DNA from: an uncultured Clostridium sp.
GTDB lineage: Bacteria > Bacillota > Clostridia > TANB77 > CAG-508
Assembly (NCBI GenBank): GCA_945946655.1
Contig: CAMEWM010000002.1
Coordinates: 48,927 to 112,926 of the forward strand
Length of the DNA: 64,000 bases
Direction of reading: 5' to 3'
How positions within the stretch are numbered: the stretch's first letter is position 1; every line of letters begins with the position of its first letter. Made by a program: the position numbers and the translations under genes. The notes under the pieces were generated by a model. The model saw only the letters and a list, made by a program, of their open reading frames with translations, did not search any database and was not told the DNA's origin. Of this stretch, positions 1 to 10,026 are shown in pieces.

Positions 1-2194
1 ACCATTTCATATATTTTCCACTTGAATTATTTGTAACATATTCATTAAAACTAGTTAGCCTATCTGATGTGCTACTTGTATATAGACCTTTATTAACACC
101 TTGAACATACCCCATGTCAAACTCCCAATAAATATTTGACGTAACACGAGATGATGATGTTCCAGATTGCTCATCATTTGAAAAAGCCATATAATTTGTA
201 CTGTAACTTGTAAAGTAGCTGTTCATGCTTAAGTTTCCATTATCATTACCTTGCCATAAAGTATTAAATTGGTCTTCATAGTTGTTCGAATCTCCAATAC
301 CTGTATTTCCTCTAGAATATCCAAATATTGGTCCTGTAAAGCCATTAGTTGCATTTAATTCTCCTTTAAACAAGCAGTTTTCAGGCCATACAGATTGATG
401 CATGATTGAGCCTATAATTCCTCCAACAGCATATTGTCCTGCAACGTAATAATATGTACCGTATCTATATGAGTAATACAATCGCATATCTAAATCTACA
501 TTCAAGTTTGAATAGCAATTTTCTATTGCATATCTTTTTCCATTTCCTGGATCGCTTGAGGAAGAACTAGAATTAGTTGCTGTTCCAACTATTCCCCCAA
601 CAAAAATCTGAACACTATTGGTTCTAATCGTCATTGTATAATTGTCAATAACACTGCTATTATTTGCAATTACATTCTTAATTTCCGCATTATTATACAT
701 TGTTCCGGCTACAATTCCAATATTATAACCTTTAGGAGTCGAGTTGTTCCTAGTTGTTCCCCTTGCATTAATTTCTATATTTACATTATCAATTTGTAAA
801 TTTTTTATAATTGTTTTATTATCACTATCTCCTATACTTCCAAAAATTCCATATGTTGTTACTGATGTTGGAAGCTCTGATGGTAAAGATATTTTTGCAT
901 TTGCTATAGTATGTCCAGCACCATTAAATACTCCCTTAAAAGATTGCGTTAGATTTCCTATAGGAGTCCATTCTTGCCCATTTAGATCAATATCAGCTAT
1001 TAATTCAAAATATGTGCCATCATAGCTTGTACCACCATTTACTTGACTCGCAATATATGCTAATTCTTCAGCACTTGTAATTAAATATGGTGATGCTTCA
1101 GTTCCATTACCGAATCTGAAGCCAGTAGCAGTGCTTCCATCCCATATACTGGCATTATCTAAATTCAAAGAATATGTAGAAGCAGTATTAATTCCATCCT
1201 CTAATAATACTGAATATGTTGAGAAACTTTCTGCTGGAAAACTTACAGTATCATTTTTTGTTTGTACCCCTTGCACTTCTGTTGCCTGTTCTTCATTATC
1301 TATATGTACAACTTTGTATCTCTGTTTTTCTTCATTTATCGAGTCTAAACCAGAAATTGTTACTCTAACATTTGTATCAAAATCTGTTGGTTCATATTCA
1401 TTTTCATTATAAATTATTTTTATATCATAAGCTTTCTTAAACGAAATTTTATTTGAAAGCACATTTACTATTGGTTTTTCAATCTCATCAATTGTAACAA
1501 TTCTGGCTTGTACCGATGAATTAAGTGGCATATATCCTTCTATTATTATAGTACTATCAATTGTTCCATCATTATTATCATCAACATCTGTTTGTATTAT
1601 TTGGTCATATAAAATTTGATCCTTTTTTTGTGATGTACAATACACCACTCTTAATTCTATCTGCTTTGTATCTACTTCTTCCTCTGTTAAATACAAAGTA
1701 TCTCCAGGCGTTTTAATTGTTGTAGATTCCGAAGAAGTAATAATTGTTTCACTTTCTATTTCTTGAGTCAAATCTAATGTTTGTACGTTTTCCTGTATTT
1801 CTTCGTTTTCAATAACGTTTTCTGCATCAGTTTTTGATTCTTGTATGTTATTGAATTCCATATTATTATCTTCTATAGTTTCTTCAGGCTTAGTTTCCTG
1901 AATATGTATTTCTTTTTCAGTAATAATATAACTATCTATTTTTTTATTGTTTACATATTCTGGTAAGATTAAAGCATATCCGCTTTCTCCAGAGTTTATT
2001 GCTTCTAGACTAATGTGTTCTGTATCTATATTTTTTTCATCGTCAATAATGCTGGCAGCTATATCTATAATTTTGTTGGCTCTAGAATTTCTAAAGGCTA
2101 CAATCTCAAAGATTACCAGCATTATTAAGCATATTAAAATAAACACTCTTTTTTTATTTATTCTATTATATTTTTTTCTAGTTGTTTTTCTCAT
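1..2194 (-). CDS. Large N-terminally membrane-anchored surface protein with GLUG-type/beta-helical adhesin-like region (runs off the window's left edge, >731 aa)
   Basis: Not in the ORF track because it has no stop in the window. Hand translation from ATG 2194 (GGAG RBS): MRKTTRKKYNRINKKRVFILICLIMLVIFEIVAF (basic residues + TM), an E-rich stalk, then IWDGSTATGFRFGNGTEASPYLITSAEELAYIASQVNGGTSYDGTYFELIADIDLNGQEWTPIG..FKGVFNGAGHTI and VGGIVG repeats. The frame stays open to base 2. Confidence 0.85.
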   Translation of the reverse strand, partial: MRKTTRKKYNRINKKRVFILICLIMLVIFEIVAFRNSRANKIIDIAASIIDDEKNIDTEHISLEAINSGESGYALILPEYVNNKKIDSYIITEKEIHIQETKPEETIEDNNMEFNNIQESKTDAENVIENEEIQENVQTLDLTQEIESETIITSSESTTIKTPGDTLYLTEEEVDTKQIELRVVYCTSQKKDQILYDQIIQTDVDDNNDGTIDSTIIIEGYMPLNSSVQARIVTIDEIEKPIVNVLSNKISFKKAYDIKIIYNENEYEPTDFDTNVRVTISGLDSINEEKQRYKVVHIDNEEQATEVQGVQTKNDTVSFPAESFSTYSVLLEDGINTASTYSLNLDNASIWDGSTATGFRFGNGTEASPYLITSAEELAYIASQVNGGTSYDGTYFELIADIDLNGQEWTPIGNLTQSFKGVFNGAGHTIANAKISLPSELPTSVTTYGIFGSIGDSDNKTIIKNLQIDNVNIEINARGTTRNNSTPKGYNIGIVAGTMYNNAEIKNVIANNSSVIDNYTMTIRTNSVQIFVGGIVGTATNSSSSSSDPGNGKRYAIENCYSNLNVDLDMRLYYSYRYGTYYYVAGQYAVGGIIGSIMHQSVWPENCLFKGELNATNGFTGPIFGYSRGNTGIGDSNNYEDQFNTLWQGNDNGNLSMNSYFTSYSTNYMAFSNDEQSGTSSSRVTSNIYWEFDMGYVQGVNKGLYTSSTSDRLTSFNEYVTNNSSGKYMKW

Positions 2195-2215
2195 TTATAT
2201 GTTTTTCTCCATATA

Positions 2216-3778
2216 TTATTTTATATTTGCTAATTTTTTAAATTCACAAATAAATTCCATTTCTTCTAAGTTAATACCACTTTTTTGTATATAGTAATAA
2301 TTTTTTATTTTTTGTAACGTGTCAATCAAATTATCCAAATTATCTGGTGTTATGTCCTCTTTTTCTATTGCAAAGTTTAACAATTTATATCTATCTGATA
2401 TCATTATGGCAATATTTTTTTCTTCTAACATGGTAATATTCTTTATGATTATGTTGTATGGATCATTTAAAAAATCTTTTAATTCTAGTATTAACTTTTC
2501 AATTTCTTCTTGCGTGATTGTACTATTATTTGCAATAATACAATCAACCAAATAGTTGTTAAATTGACTAGCAAATTTTAATACATCATATATAGTCGAA
2601 TTATCTGATAAACAATCTATTATTTTAGTATATATTTTGTTATTATCTAATTTCTTATATAGTTCTTTTATTTCTAATATTATAGAATTATATTCAGCTA
2701 TTTGTTGTTCTTTCTTGTCCATCTTAGAAAATAGACCTTTACCATTAATTTTATTATTCAACTTTTCTAGTTTCTTTTCTTTTGCATTTATTTCCTTTTT
2801 GGTAGTGTTATAAGCATCTTTATATTGTTCTCTTTCTTGATACTTTTTCTTTATATCTTCAAATATATATTGAAATTTTAAATAATTCTTATATTCGCAC
2901 AAACTATTTAAAAACTTTATTGAATTTTGATTTATTTCTTCTACGTTTTTTTCTGATGTATCATCTAGAGATTCTTGAGGAATTAATTTTAGATACTCAT
3001 CTTTTATTTTATCTGGCTCATAGTCTTTACTATTTAATTTTCCATCTAAAAAGCTATGGATTAACAAATAATTATCCATGCATTTGTCTTCTTCATATTG
3101 TTTCTGCAAATTATTATATTTTTCTTCTATTTTGTCATTCTCTATATCTATATTTTTTAACAATTCATTTTTTCTGTTTTCATAATATTTGTCAATATTT
3201 TTCTGATTTTTTATATAGATATATCTAAGATTCAATTCTATGTGTATTATTAAATCTGGACATTTCCAATATATTTCCTCAAATTTGTTTTTTACTACTT
3301 TTGAATTTATATGGTCTAATTCATCGAAAAAGGTATTCATATATTCATGAACATAAATGCTATAATCAAAGTCTTCACTTGTTAGATCTATTCCTACTTC
3401 TTTAAATTTTTTAATACATTCTAGAATTTCTATATTTATATTTTCTAGATTTTCTTTGTAAAATCTTCCTAATTTATAGATTTTTTTATCTATCCCCATT
3501 TTTTCATATGATGTTTTTGTTGTTCCAATTATGTCCAAAAGATTACTTATTTCATCTATTTCCCTTTTTTCTATGTCTATTTCTTTATTCTTTTTTACAG
3601 CCAATATTTTTTTGTATCTTTTAGTCATTTCATCATATATATCATTCTCTATTGTTTCATATTCTTTCTTTAGTTCTTGCACGTATTGGATATATTTTGA
3701 TATATTCTTCTTATTATTTTTTGGCATAGTAGATAAAACTTCTTTATCCATATCAATCTTCTCTAATATTTTATTCAT
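2216..3778 (-). CDS. Hypothetical 520-aa K/E/N-rich, probably alpha-helical protein
   Basis: Long ORF with a GGAG RBS and host-like codon usage; no recognisable motif. Confidence 0.75.
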   Translation of the reverse strand: MNKILEKIDMDKEVLSTMPKNNKKNISKYIQYVQELKKEYETIENDIYDEMTKRYKKILAVKKNKEIDIEKREIDEISNLLDIIGTTKTSYEKMGIDKKIYKLGRFYKENLENINIEILECIKKFKEVGIDLTSEDFDYSIYVHEYMNTFFDELDHINSKVVKNKFEEIYWKCPDLIIHIELNLRYIYIKNQKNIDKYYENRKNELLKNIDIENDKIEEKYNNLQKQYEEDKCMDNYLLIHSFLDGKLNSKDYEPDKIKDEYLKLIPQESLDDTSEKNVEEINQNSIKFLNSLCEYKNYLKFQYIFEDIKKKYQEREQYKDAYNTTKKEINAKEKKLEKLNNKINGKGLFSKMDKKEQQIAEYNSIILEIKELYKKLDNNKIYTKIIDCLSDNSTIYDVLKFASQFNNYLVDCIIANNSTITQEEIEKLILELKDFLNDPYNIIIKNITMLEEKNIAIMISDRYKLLNFAIEKEDITPDNLDNLIDTLQKIKNYYYIQKSGINLEEMEFICEFKKLANIK

Positions 3779-3893
3779 TTGATTCTCCTATTTTTTCAGC
3801 ATCTTTTTCTTCTTTATCTAAGAATTTTATAAATGCATTTATTTTGTCATATAATTCAACTAATTCTTTTGTTTCTACTTGATTAGAATTCAT
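3771..3893 (-). CDS. Small hypothetical protein (40 aa, MNSNQVETKELVELYDKINAFIKFLDKEEKDAEKIGESNE)
   Basis: Strong GGGAGG RBS before the ATG; the stop overlaps the next gene's start (ATGAATAA); below the ORF-track cutoff. Confidence 0.65.
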   Translation of the reverse strand: MNSNQVETKELVELYDKINAFIKFLDKEEKDAEKIGESNE

Positions 3894-3987
3894 TTATATA
3901 CAATCCTCCCATTGTGTTAATACTATCACAATCAGAAATAAATGTCTATTATTTTTGTCTGCTTTTTTGTGGAAATTTATAACAATT

Positions 3988-4797
3988 TTATGGACATCTT
4001 TTTTTTCCTTTTGAGCCTATTCCGCTAACCCCATTTTCTCCGTCTCTTAGCTCATCTTTTATATCCTCTATTGTTAAATATTTGTTAGAATCTGTTACTG
4101 CTATTTTTTCTGCTACTATCAATGGATCTTTAAAATCTATTAGAATCCTAGCAGGAGAAGATGCAAAATTTGCTCCTGCTTCCATAATAGCTTCATAATA
4201 GCTTTGACAAGCACCTGCAAATATTGATAATTTATTGGCTCCTTGTTCCCATATTCTTGCTCTTATTACAGTTTCTACAAAATATTTTGAATTTCTATAA
4301 TTGTAAATATCATTATAGTTATATCCCTTTTTTATCATTCCATCATGTCCTGTGACTACTAATATATCGGGATTATATTTATTTAATAGCATATTTATCA
4401 TTTGAGGTTGTCTGTTCTCCGGTATATTTTTAACAACAACATTCAACCCCATACTTTTATAAAATCTTTGAGATTTTTCGCTATATTTTTTATCTCCATC
4501 TAGATGGAGTATTTTTCCATAAAATTCACTATTTCTTTTGAGCCCATAATCTTGATTTTTTAATATATTTTTTTTTCTATTATCTATCTCTCTATCAAAC
4601 TTATCTAATAATTCTGTAACTCTACTACTCTCTATCAATTCTAAATCATAAATAGGACTATCAGCTTCGATTCTTGTTATAAGTCCCTTCAATATAGCAA
4701 CTTCTTGATTTTTATATTTAATTATTCTGCTTATCGTAAAGACAATATCTTTATTATAAGACAGCCTACCTACAATATCACCTTTTTTAAATTTCAT
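3988..4797 (-). CDS. yabG: Sporulation peptidase YabG (U57 family)
   Basis: KKGDIVGRLSYNKDIVF, GKILHLDGD, PDILVVTGHDG, FAGACQSYYEA, GANFASSPARILI motifs. Confidence 0.95.
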   Translation of the reverse strand: MKFKKGDIVGRLSYNKDIVFTISRIIKYKNQEVAILKGLITRIEADSPIYDLELIESSRVTELLDKFDREIDNRKKNILKNQDYGLKRNSEFYGKILHLDGDKKYSEKSQRFYKSMGLNVVVKNIPENRQPQMINMLLNKYNPDILVVTGHDGMIKKGYNYNDIYNYRNSKYFVETVIRARIWEQGANKLSIFAGACQSYYEAIMEAGANFASSPARILIDFKDPLIVAEKIAVTDSNKYLTIEDIKDELRDGENGVSGIGSKGKKRCP

Positions 4798-4883
4798 AAT
4801 ATTTCACCTATTACATTATATGTCGTATTTTGTAAAACGTTATTACAAAAAAATGAAAAACAAAAAAATAATATCATTTTCTT

Positions 4884-4912
4884 TTGACTATTTTTAGTAG
4901 TAATGATAAAAT
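4884..4912 (+). promoter_or_regulatory. sigmaA-type promoter for the hydrolase/LPXTG operon
   Basis: TTGACT-17 bp-TAAAAT with extended TG. Confidence 0.55.
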
Positions 4913-5020
4913 ACGAAATAAGATATGAGATTTATTATTTTAAGAATAATGTACAAAAGCATAAGCATAAAAAATTTCAAATCTATTATTACAAAAAGTA
5001 AATATTAAGGGGGATTTTAT

Positions 5021-6508
5021 ATGAACAAAAAAACATCACGATTATTAAAGGGAGTAGTAATTGTATTAATGATTTTAACATTACTTGCTCCCGCTATTGT
5101 AAGTAATGCATTTACTTCTTCACAATCTAATTCTAGCACTATATTAGACATTGTCGCAAATAGACAAAATAATATTAAACAATATGGAAGTTTCGTGAAT
5201 GAACTAAGTACTTTCACAAAAGGAATGGATAATTCCTTAAATCTAAGCAAATCTAAAATTCAATTAATTGATGAAATATTAGCACTTAGAAATAAATACA
5301 GTAGTTCTCCTATAGTTTCTAGTGTTTCAAGCCAACTTTTAAATACAATAACGACATCATCATCAACCAACATTTCTGATTTATTAAATTCTATTGATCT
5401 AAATCTTCTTTTAAATAGTAAGAATTTAGCGATTGAGAGTTTAACTCCTGATGTCGAAATAGATAACATGGTTGCAACAACAGCTGGTAAATTATCTGGC
5501 TCTGACTATCAAGTTAAATTAGCAGGAAAAATATATTATGCAAATACTGATTCTTCAGGTAAACCTACATCTAATAAATGGGCTATATTAGTTCACGGAA
5601 ATAATATGGATGGTCAATCAATTGCTGATGCTATTGGTCAAATGTATTTAGATCAAAATATTAACGTTTTGGCTCCAGACTTAAGAGGATGTGGAAATAG
5701 CGAAGGTAGTTGTGGAATGGGCTACTTAGAAAGTCTTGATATTTGGGATTGGCTAACATATCTAAATACAAATTATTCAGGAAAATGCGATGAAATATTT
5801 GTACATGGTGTATCTTTAGGTGGAGCTACTACATTATTTCTTTCTGGTTTAGAAATTGATGGAAAAACTTTAAAAGATCAAAAAGTAATTGGACTAGTAG
5901 AGGATTGTGGTTATACCTCTTTAACAGGAATTGTTACGGATCTTTTAGGTTCTATCTTAGGAGGTTCCTCTTCTTCAAGTGATACTAACTCAAGTATCCA
6001 ATTTGCCCTAAAAAGTCTTGGTTTATCTAGTAAAATAGATTTATCAAGTTTAAATATTGATAATTTATCAGAGACTTTAGTAAAACAACTTCTACTTGCT
6101 TCTAACACAACAGGTTTGACTGAGAGTAATTTTGATGAAAAGCAAAATGCATTAAATAGTTTAACCAATTGTAATTTACCATTATTAATAATACATGGCA
6201 CAAAAGATCCAATGGTACCTTTTAAAAATAGTGATACTATTTATGCAAATGCCATGGCTAATACAAATATACCATATGTTCAAAGATATTCTGTAGAGGG
6301 TGAAACTCATGCATTTATCGTTATGGGTAGCAAATACAATGTTTATGAGGGACATGTTCAAAACTTTATTAAACAATCTGAAGAAATAAATTCTGGTAAA
6401 TCTGTTCAAAAGCAATCAGATTATGTTGAGGAGAAAGAAGAAAAAACTTCAGTTATAGATAGTCTTATCAAGGCTCTAAAATTAATAAAAAATCAAATAA
6501 TCAAATAA
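5021..6508 (+). CDS. Secreted alpha/beta hydrolase with Ser-rich N-terminal extension
   Basis: Signal peptide; HGNNMDG, nucleophile GVSLGG, HGTKDPMVP (Asp) and GETHA (His). Confidence 0.85.
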   Translation: MNKKTSRLLKGVVIVLMILTLLAPAIVSNAFTSSQSNSSTILDIVANRQNNIKQYGSFVNELSTFTKGMDNSLNLSKSKIQLIDEILALRNKYSSSPIVSSVSSQLLNTITTSSSTNISDLLNSIDLNLLLNSKNLAIESLTPDVEIDNMVATTAGKLSGSDYQVKLAGKIYYANTDSSGKPTSNKWAILVHGNNMDGQSIADAIGQMYLDQNINVLAPDLRGCGNSEGSCGMGYLESLDIWDWLTYLNTNYSGKCDEIFVHGVSLGGATTLFLSGLEIDGKTLKDQKVIGLVEDCGYTSLTGIVTDLLGSILGGSSSSSDTNSSIQFALKSLGLSSKIDLSSLNIDNLSETLVKQLLLASNTTGLTESNFDEKQNALNSLTNCNLPLLIIHGTKDPMVPFKNSDTIYANAMANTNIPYVQRYSVEGETHAFIVMGSKYNVYEGHVQNFIKQSEEINSGKSVQKQSDYVEEKEEKTSVIDSLIKALKLIKNQIIK

Positions 6509-6515
6509 CAAAAGA

Positions 6516-7145
6516 TTGGAGATATTATTAAGGATGAATAAAATTAGTAAAAAAATAATTTATATATTATTAGCAGTTGTGTTAATAATGATGAGTTTCT
6601 TAGTTACAAATGTGTATGCTTTAACAGATTCAGAAGCAGAATTAGTACAAATATTAACTGAATATAAAAATGAGCTAGGAGATTTAAATCAATTTAAAGA
6701 AGTAATAGATAAAATGTATAACGATATAAATGACGCAACTACTGTTGACGATGCCTTAAAGGCAAAACTTGCAGCAGATATTGCTGAATTAGAAAATATA
6801 AATGGTATTAACCCTTTGGTTTTAAATGTACTAGAAGTAGAATTATCTTCACATATAGCTAATCTTACAAACGATAATTTGGATGAAGTAAAACAAGAAT
6901 TAGCTGTGATTAAAGGATGGATTGATTCTCAAGTTTCTGAAACACCTACTACTCCTGATATTCCAGAAGCTCCAGATACTCCTAATACACCTGATACATC
7001 AGATAAGCCCGTGGATTCATCAGTAGTAAAAGATTCTAAACTACCACAAACAGGAAAAAGTATAGTTATTGTTTTAGTTGTATTATTCTTACTAGTCAAT
7101 ATAATCATTTGTATAAAGCAATATAAAAAATATAAACAAATATAA
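6516..7145 (+). CDS. LPXTG cell-wall-anchored protein (likely start ATG 6534)
   Basis: Signal peptide, helical domain, P/T/D-rich linker, KLPQTG followed by a hydrophobic segment and basic tail. Confidence 0.85.
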   Translation: MEILLRMNKISKKIIYILLAVVLIMMSFLVTNVYALTDSEAELVQILTEYKNELGDLNQFKEVIDKMYNDINDATTVDDALKAKLAADIAELENINGINPLVLNVLEVELSSHIANLTNDNLDEVKQELAVIKGWIDSQVSETPTTPDIPEAPDTPNTPDTSDKPVDSSVVKDSKLPQTGKSIVIVLVVLFLLVNIIICIKQYKKYKQI

Positions 7146-7172
7146 AAAAGTGGCATTAAGCCACTTTTTTAT
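7142..7172. terminator. Bidirectional rho-independent terminator
   Basis: AAAAAAGTGGC-ATTAA-GCCACTTTTTT between convergent genes. Confidence 0.85.
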
Positions 7173-9511
7173 TACATGTTTTTATTAACATTTTTCTTTA
7201 ATGTTATATAACTTGCTAACATTAATATAACTGTCATTAAACTTATAACACCAATAACTTTTAGCATATGTTCAGCCGAAAAAATAAAATAATCTTCTGC
7301 TTCCACCTCTATTAATGGATTTATTGTTTGTACAATATGAGTTAAACTATTTAGATTAGCTGTTGTTCCCAATCCCTCAACCGTCCATCTACATAAAACA
7401 AAATTCGAAATAAAATCAGCTACTCCATCAAGTTTAAATAGCATACCTGAAAATAACAATTGTGGCACTAATACTAACGGAATTATTGTCATTGCTATAT
7501 TTGAATTTTTCACTAATGATGATATAAATAGTCCTAATGAAGCTGCGGATAAAATTGAGATAAAGCAAATTATCTGTGTATCCCAAAATGAGTTTATTAG
7601 TATACTATCTTCTGGCTTCCCCACTAATTCTTGGAATATATAAACTACTATAAAGGACTGTATAAAAGCTAATATACCTTGCACAATAAATTTTGACAGC
7701 AAATATGCAGAAAGCTTTAAATCAGCCATATATTCCTTCTGTAATATTACTTTTTCCTTGCATATTTCTTGTATTGAATTTAATAGTCCTAGCCAAATAC
7801 ATGCACATCCAATTGAAAATAATATTGCTTTTGTATCTTCATATCCTGAATACATTTCGTCACTAGATACTATTGCTAACAATATTGCAACTATTGGCGC
7901 TTGTGCAAATAAAAGTACTAATTGTTGTATATCATTAGAGATTAATTTTATATATCTTAGTATTAAATTTATTAATTGTTTCCAAAATGATTTTTTCTTT
8001 ACTTTCGCTTTGTTTGTTTCTTTGCTTACAGGTTCTGGTACAATTGCATATTCTGAATTTTCAAATTTATCATGCCATAATTCCACATTTTCACTTATTA
8101 ATGTATATATATCAACAAAATCATCTACTTCAAAAAAATCTAGGGCCTCTTTTGGTCTTCCATAAAAACATAATTTGCCATCAGCTCCGAAAAATGCTAC
8201 TTTATCGCACAAATGTAAATTTAGTGTATTATGTGTGACAAGAATAATAGTCTTGCCCATTTTAGCCATTGATTGCAGTGTTTTCATTATACTTCTTTCC
8301 GTTCCGGGATCTAATCCACTAGTCGGTTCATCTAAGAAGAATAAGTTTGGATCTGCAATTAATTCCACTGCAATACTTGCTCTTTTTCTCTGGCCTCCAC
8401 TTAGTTGCCTAATATAAGAATTTTCAAAATCACTTAATTGTACAATTTCTAAAACTTCTTTTATTCTTTCATTACGTTCTTTTCTAGTAGTATTATCTGG
8501 CATCCTTAATTTAGCAGCATATTGTAACATATCTTTCAACGTTAAATTTGAAAAAACAATATCTTCTTGTGGTACATAACCAATATTATATTTTATTATA
8601 TCGTAATTTTCATATAAATCTTCACCATTTACCAGTACAATTCCCGACGTTGGCTTGTCAACACCGCTTATACATTTCATGCACGTAGATTTTCCTGCTC
8701 CTGACCCTCCGATAAAAGCAACAAATTCAGAAGGATGTATACTAAGATTTACATGGGAACAAATCTCTTTAACTTTAAATTTTATACGAACTTTTTTAAC
8801 AATATCTACAGCATCTAATTGAACACCATTTTGCCTAATCTGATAAACTATTGTGTCTTTATGTACTATCAACTTTGTATTTGCAATATAAATAACATCT
8901 AAATTGTTTAACTCATATTTTCTTTGTCCTTGTATCTTTTCTCCATTTATATATACGCCATTCAGACTTCCTTCATCTTGTATTGAAATCTTTCCTTGTG
9001 CATAGTTTATGGTAGCGTGTTTCTTTGCTGTTCCATTAGGGGGAAGTACTATTGTACAACCTTCACTACTCCCTATCGAAATTTTACCACTTTGTAAATG
9101 TTGTAATTTCCATTCATTTAGCCTCTTTCCAATTGACATTATCATAATTACACCTTGTCTAGTAGAGTCATTAGAGTCAATCATCTTTACAAAACTACCA
9201 TCAGACAAATATATATCTTTATATTCTTTATTATTGTTACCAATCATTGCATTTTTATTACTTGTATTAACAGCAAGTACACCATACTCTGTTAATTTTA
9301 AATAACCTTGTAAGTAATCAACGGCATCAGACACAATTAATATATCATTATCTATACTAGTTCCAAAATAAAATATGTCTTTATCTTCTGTTGAAAGATT
9401 AATGGTTTGTACTCCATTATCATCTATAATTGTCAAGAAGTAATATTCGCCTGTAGTTGTTTTATGTTTAAAATGCTCATACACATTCAATTCTTGGTCT
9501 TGTTTTGCCAT
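7172..9511 (-). CDS. FHA-FHA-ABC ATPase-permease fusion (Rv1747-like ABCG-type exporter)
   Basis: Two FHA-like folds; Walker A GGSGAGKST, signature LSGGQRKR, Walker B LFFLDEPTSGLD; six C-terminal TM segments. Confidence 0.9.
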   Translation of the reverse strand: MAKQDQELNVYEHFKHKTTTGEYYFLTIIDDNGVQTINLSTEDKDIFYFGTSIDNDILIVSDAVDYLQGYLKLTEYGVLAVNTSNKNAMIGNNNKEYKDIYLSDGSFVKMIDSNDSTRQGVIMIMSIGKRLNEWKLQHLQSGKISIGSSEGCTIVLPPNGTAKKHATINYAQGKISIQDEGSLNGVYINGEKIQGQRKYELNNLDVIYIANTKLIVHKDTIVYQIRQNGVQLDAVDIVKKVRIKFKVKEICSHVNLSIHPSEFVAFIGGSGAGKSTCMKCISGVDKPTSGIVLVNGEDLYENYDIIKYNIGYVPQEDIVFSNLTLKDMLQYAAKLRMPDNTTRKERNERIKEVLEIVQLSDFENSYIRQLSGGQRKRASIAVELIADPNLFFLDEPTSGLDPGTERSIMKTLQSMAKMGKTIILVTHNTLNLHLCDKVAFFGADGKLCFYGRPKEALDFFEVDDFVDIYTLISENVELWHDKFENSEYAIVPEPVSKETNKAKVKKKSFWKQLINLILRYIKLISNDIQQLVLLFAQAPIVAILLAIVSSDEMYSGYEDTKAILFSIGCACIWLGLLNSIQEICKEKVILQKEYMADLKLSAYLLSKFIVQGILAFIQSFIVVYIFQELVGKPEDSILINSFWDTQIICFISILSAASLGLFISSLVKNSNIAMTIIPLVLVPQLLFSGMLFKLDGVADFISNFVLCRWTVEGLGTTANLNSLTHIVQTINPLIEVEAEDYFIFSAEHMLKVIGVISLMTVILMLASYITLKKNVNKNM

Positions 9512-9724
9512 ATTTTTTCCTCTTTTAAATTCAAATTTATTATCACTTTCTTGCTATATTTTTTCCATATTCTTTTTTTACTTTATAATCATATATTAAA
9601 AAAATTTTTGATTCAATAGATTTCATACAAAAACTTTAATTATTTTTATATTTATTATGCTGTTCTATTATTTATATTTCTTGAATAAGATTAAACAAAA
9701 AGATTCTATGGGGGTTGTTTCCTA

Positions 9725-9994
9725 ATGATTGGTTTCTCAATTGAAGAAAGAGCCATTATGTTGGCTCGATATATAATAGATTCAAAAGATACAGTCAGAG
9801 GTACCGCTAAAAAATATGGTATTTCTAAATCTACAGTGCATAAAGATGTCAGTGAAAGATTATTAAAAATAAATCCTGCTCTCGCTTCTGAAGTAAGAGT
9901 AGTGCTTGATGAAAATAAAGCAGAACGACATATCCGAGGTGGTCAGGCAACAAAAATGAAATATAGTCATCTTCCTAACGAAAAGAAAAAATAG
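9725..9994 (+). CDS. spoIIID: Stage III sporulation protein D (transcriptional regulator)
   Basis: IEERAIMLARYII..TVRGTAKKYGISKSTVHKDVSERL..NKAERHIRGG. Confidence 0.95.
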   Translation: MIGFSIEERAIMLARYIIDSKDTVRGTAKKYGISKSTVHKDVSERLLKINPALASEVRVVLDENKAERHIRGGQATKMKYSHLPNEKKK

Positions 9995-10026
9995 ATATAG
10001 AGTATTAAACTCTATATCTATTTTTT
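9986..10026. terminator. Bidirectional terminator shared by spoIIID and spo0A
   Basis: AAAAAATAGATATAGAGT-ATTAA-ACTCTATATCTATTTTTT. Confidence 0.85.
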
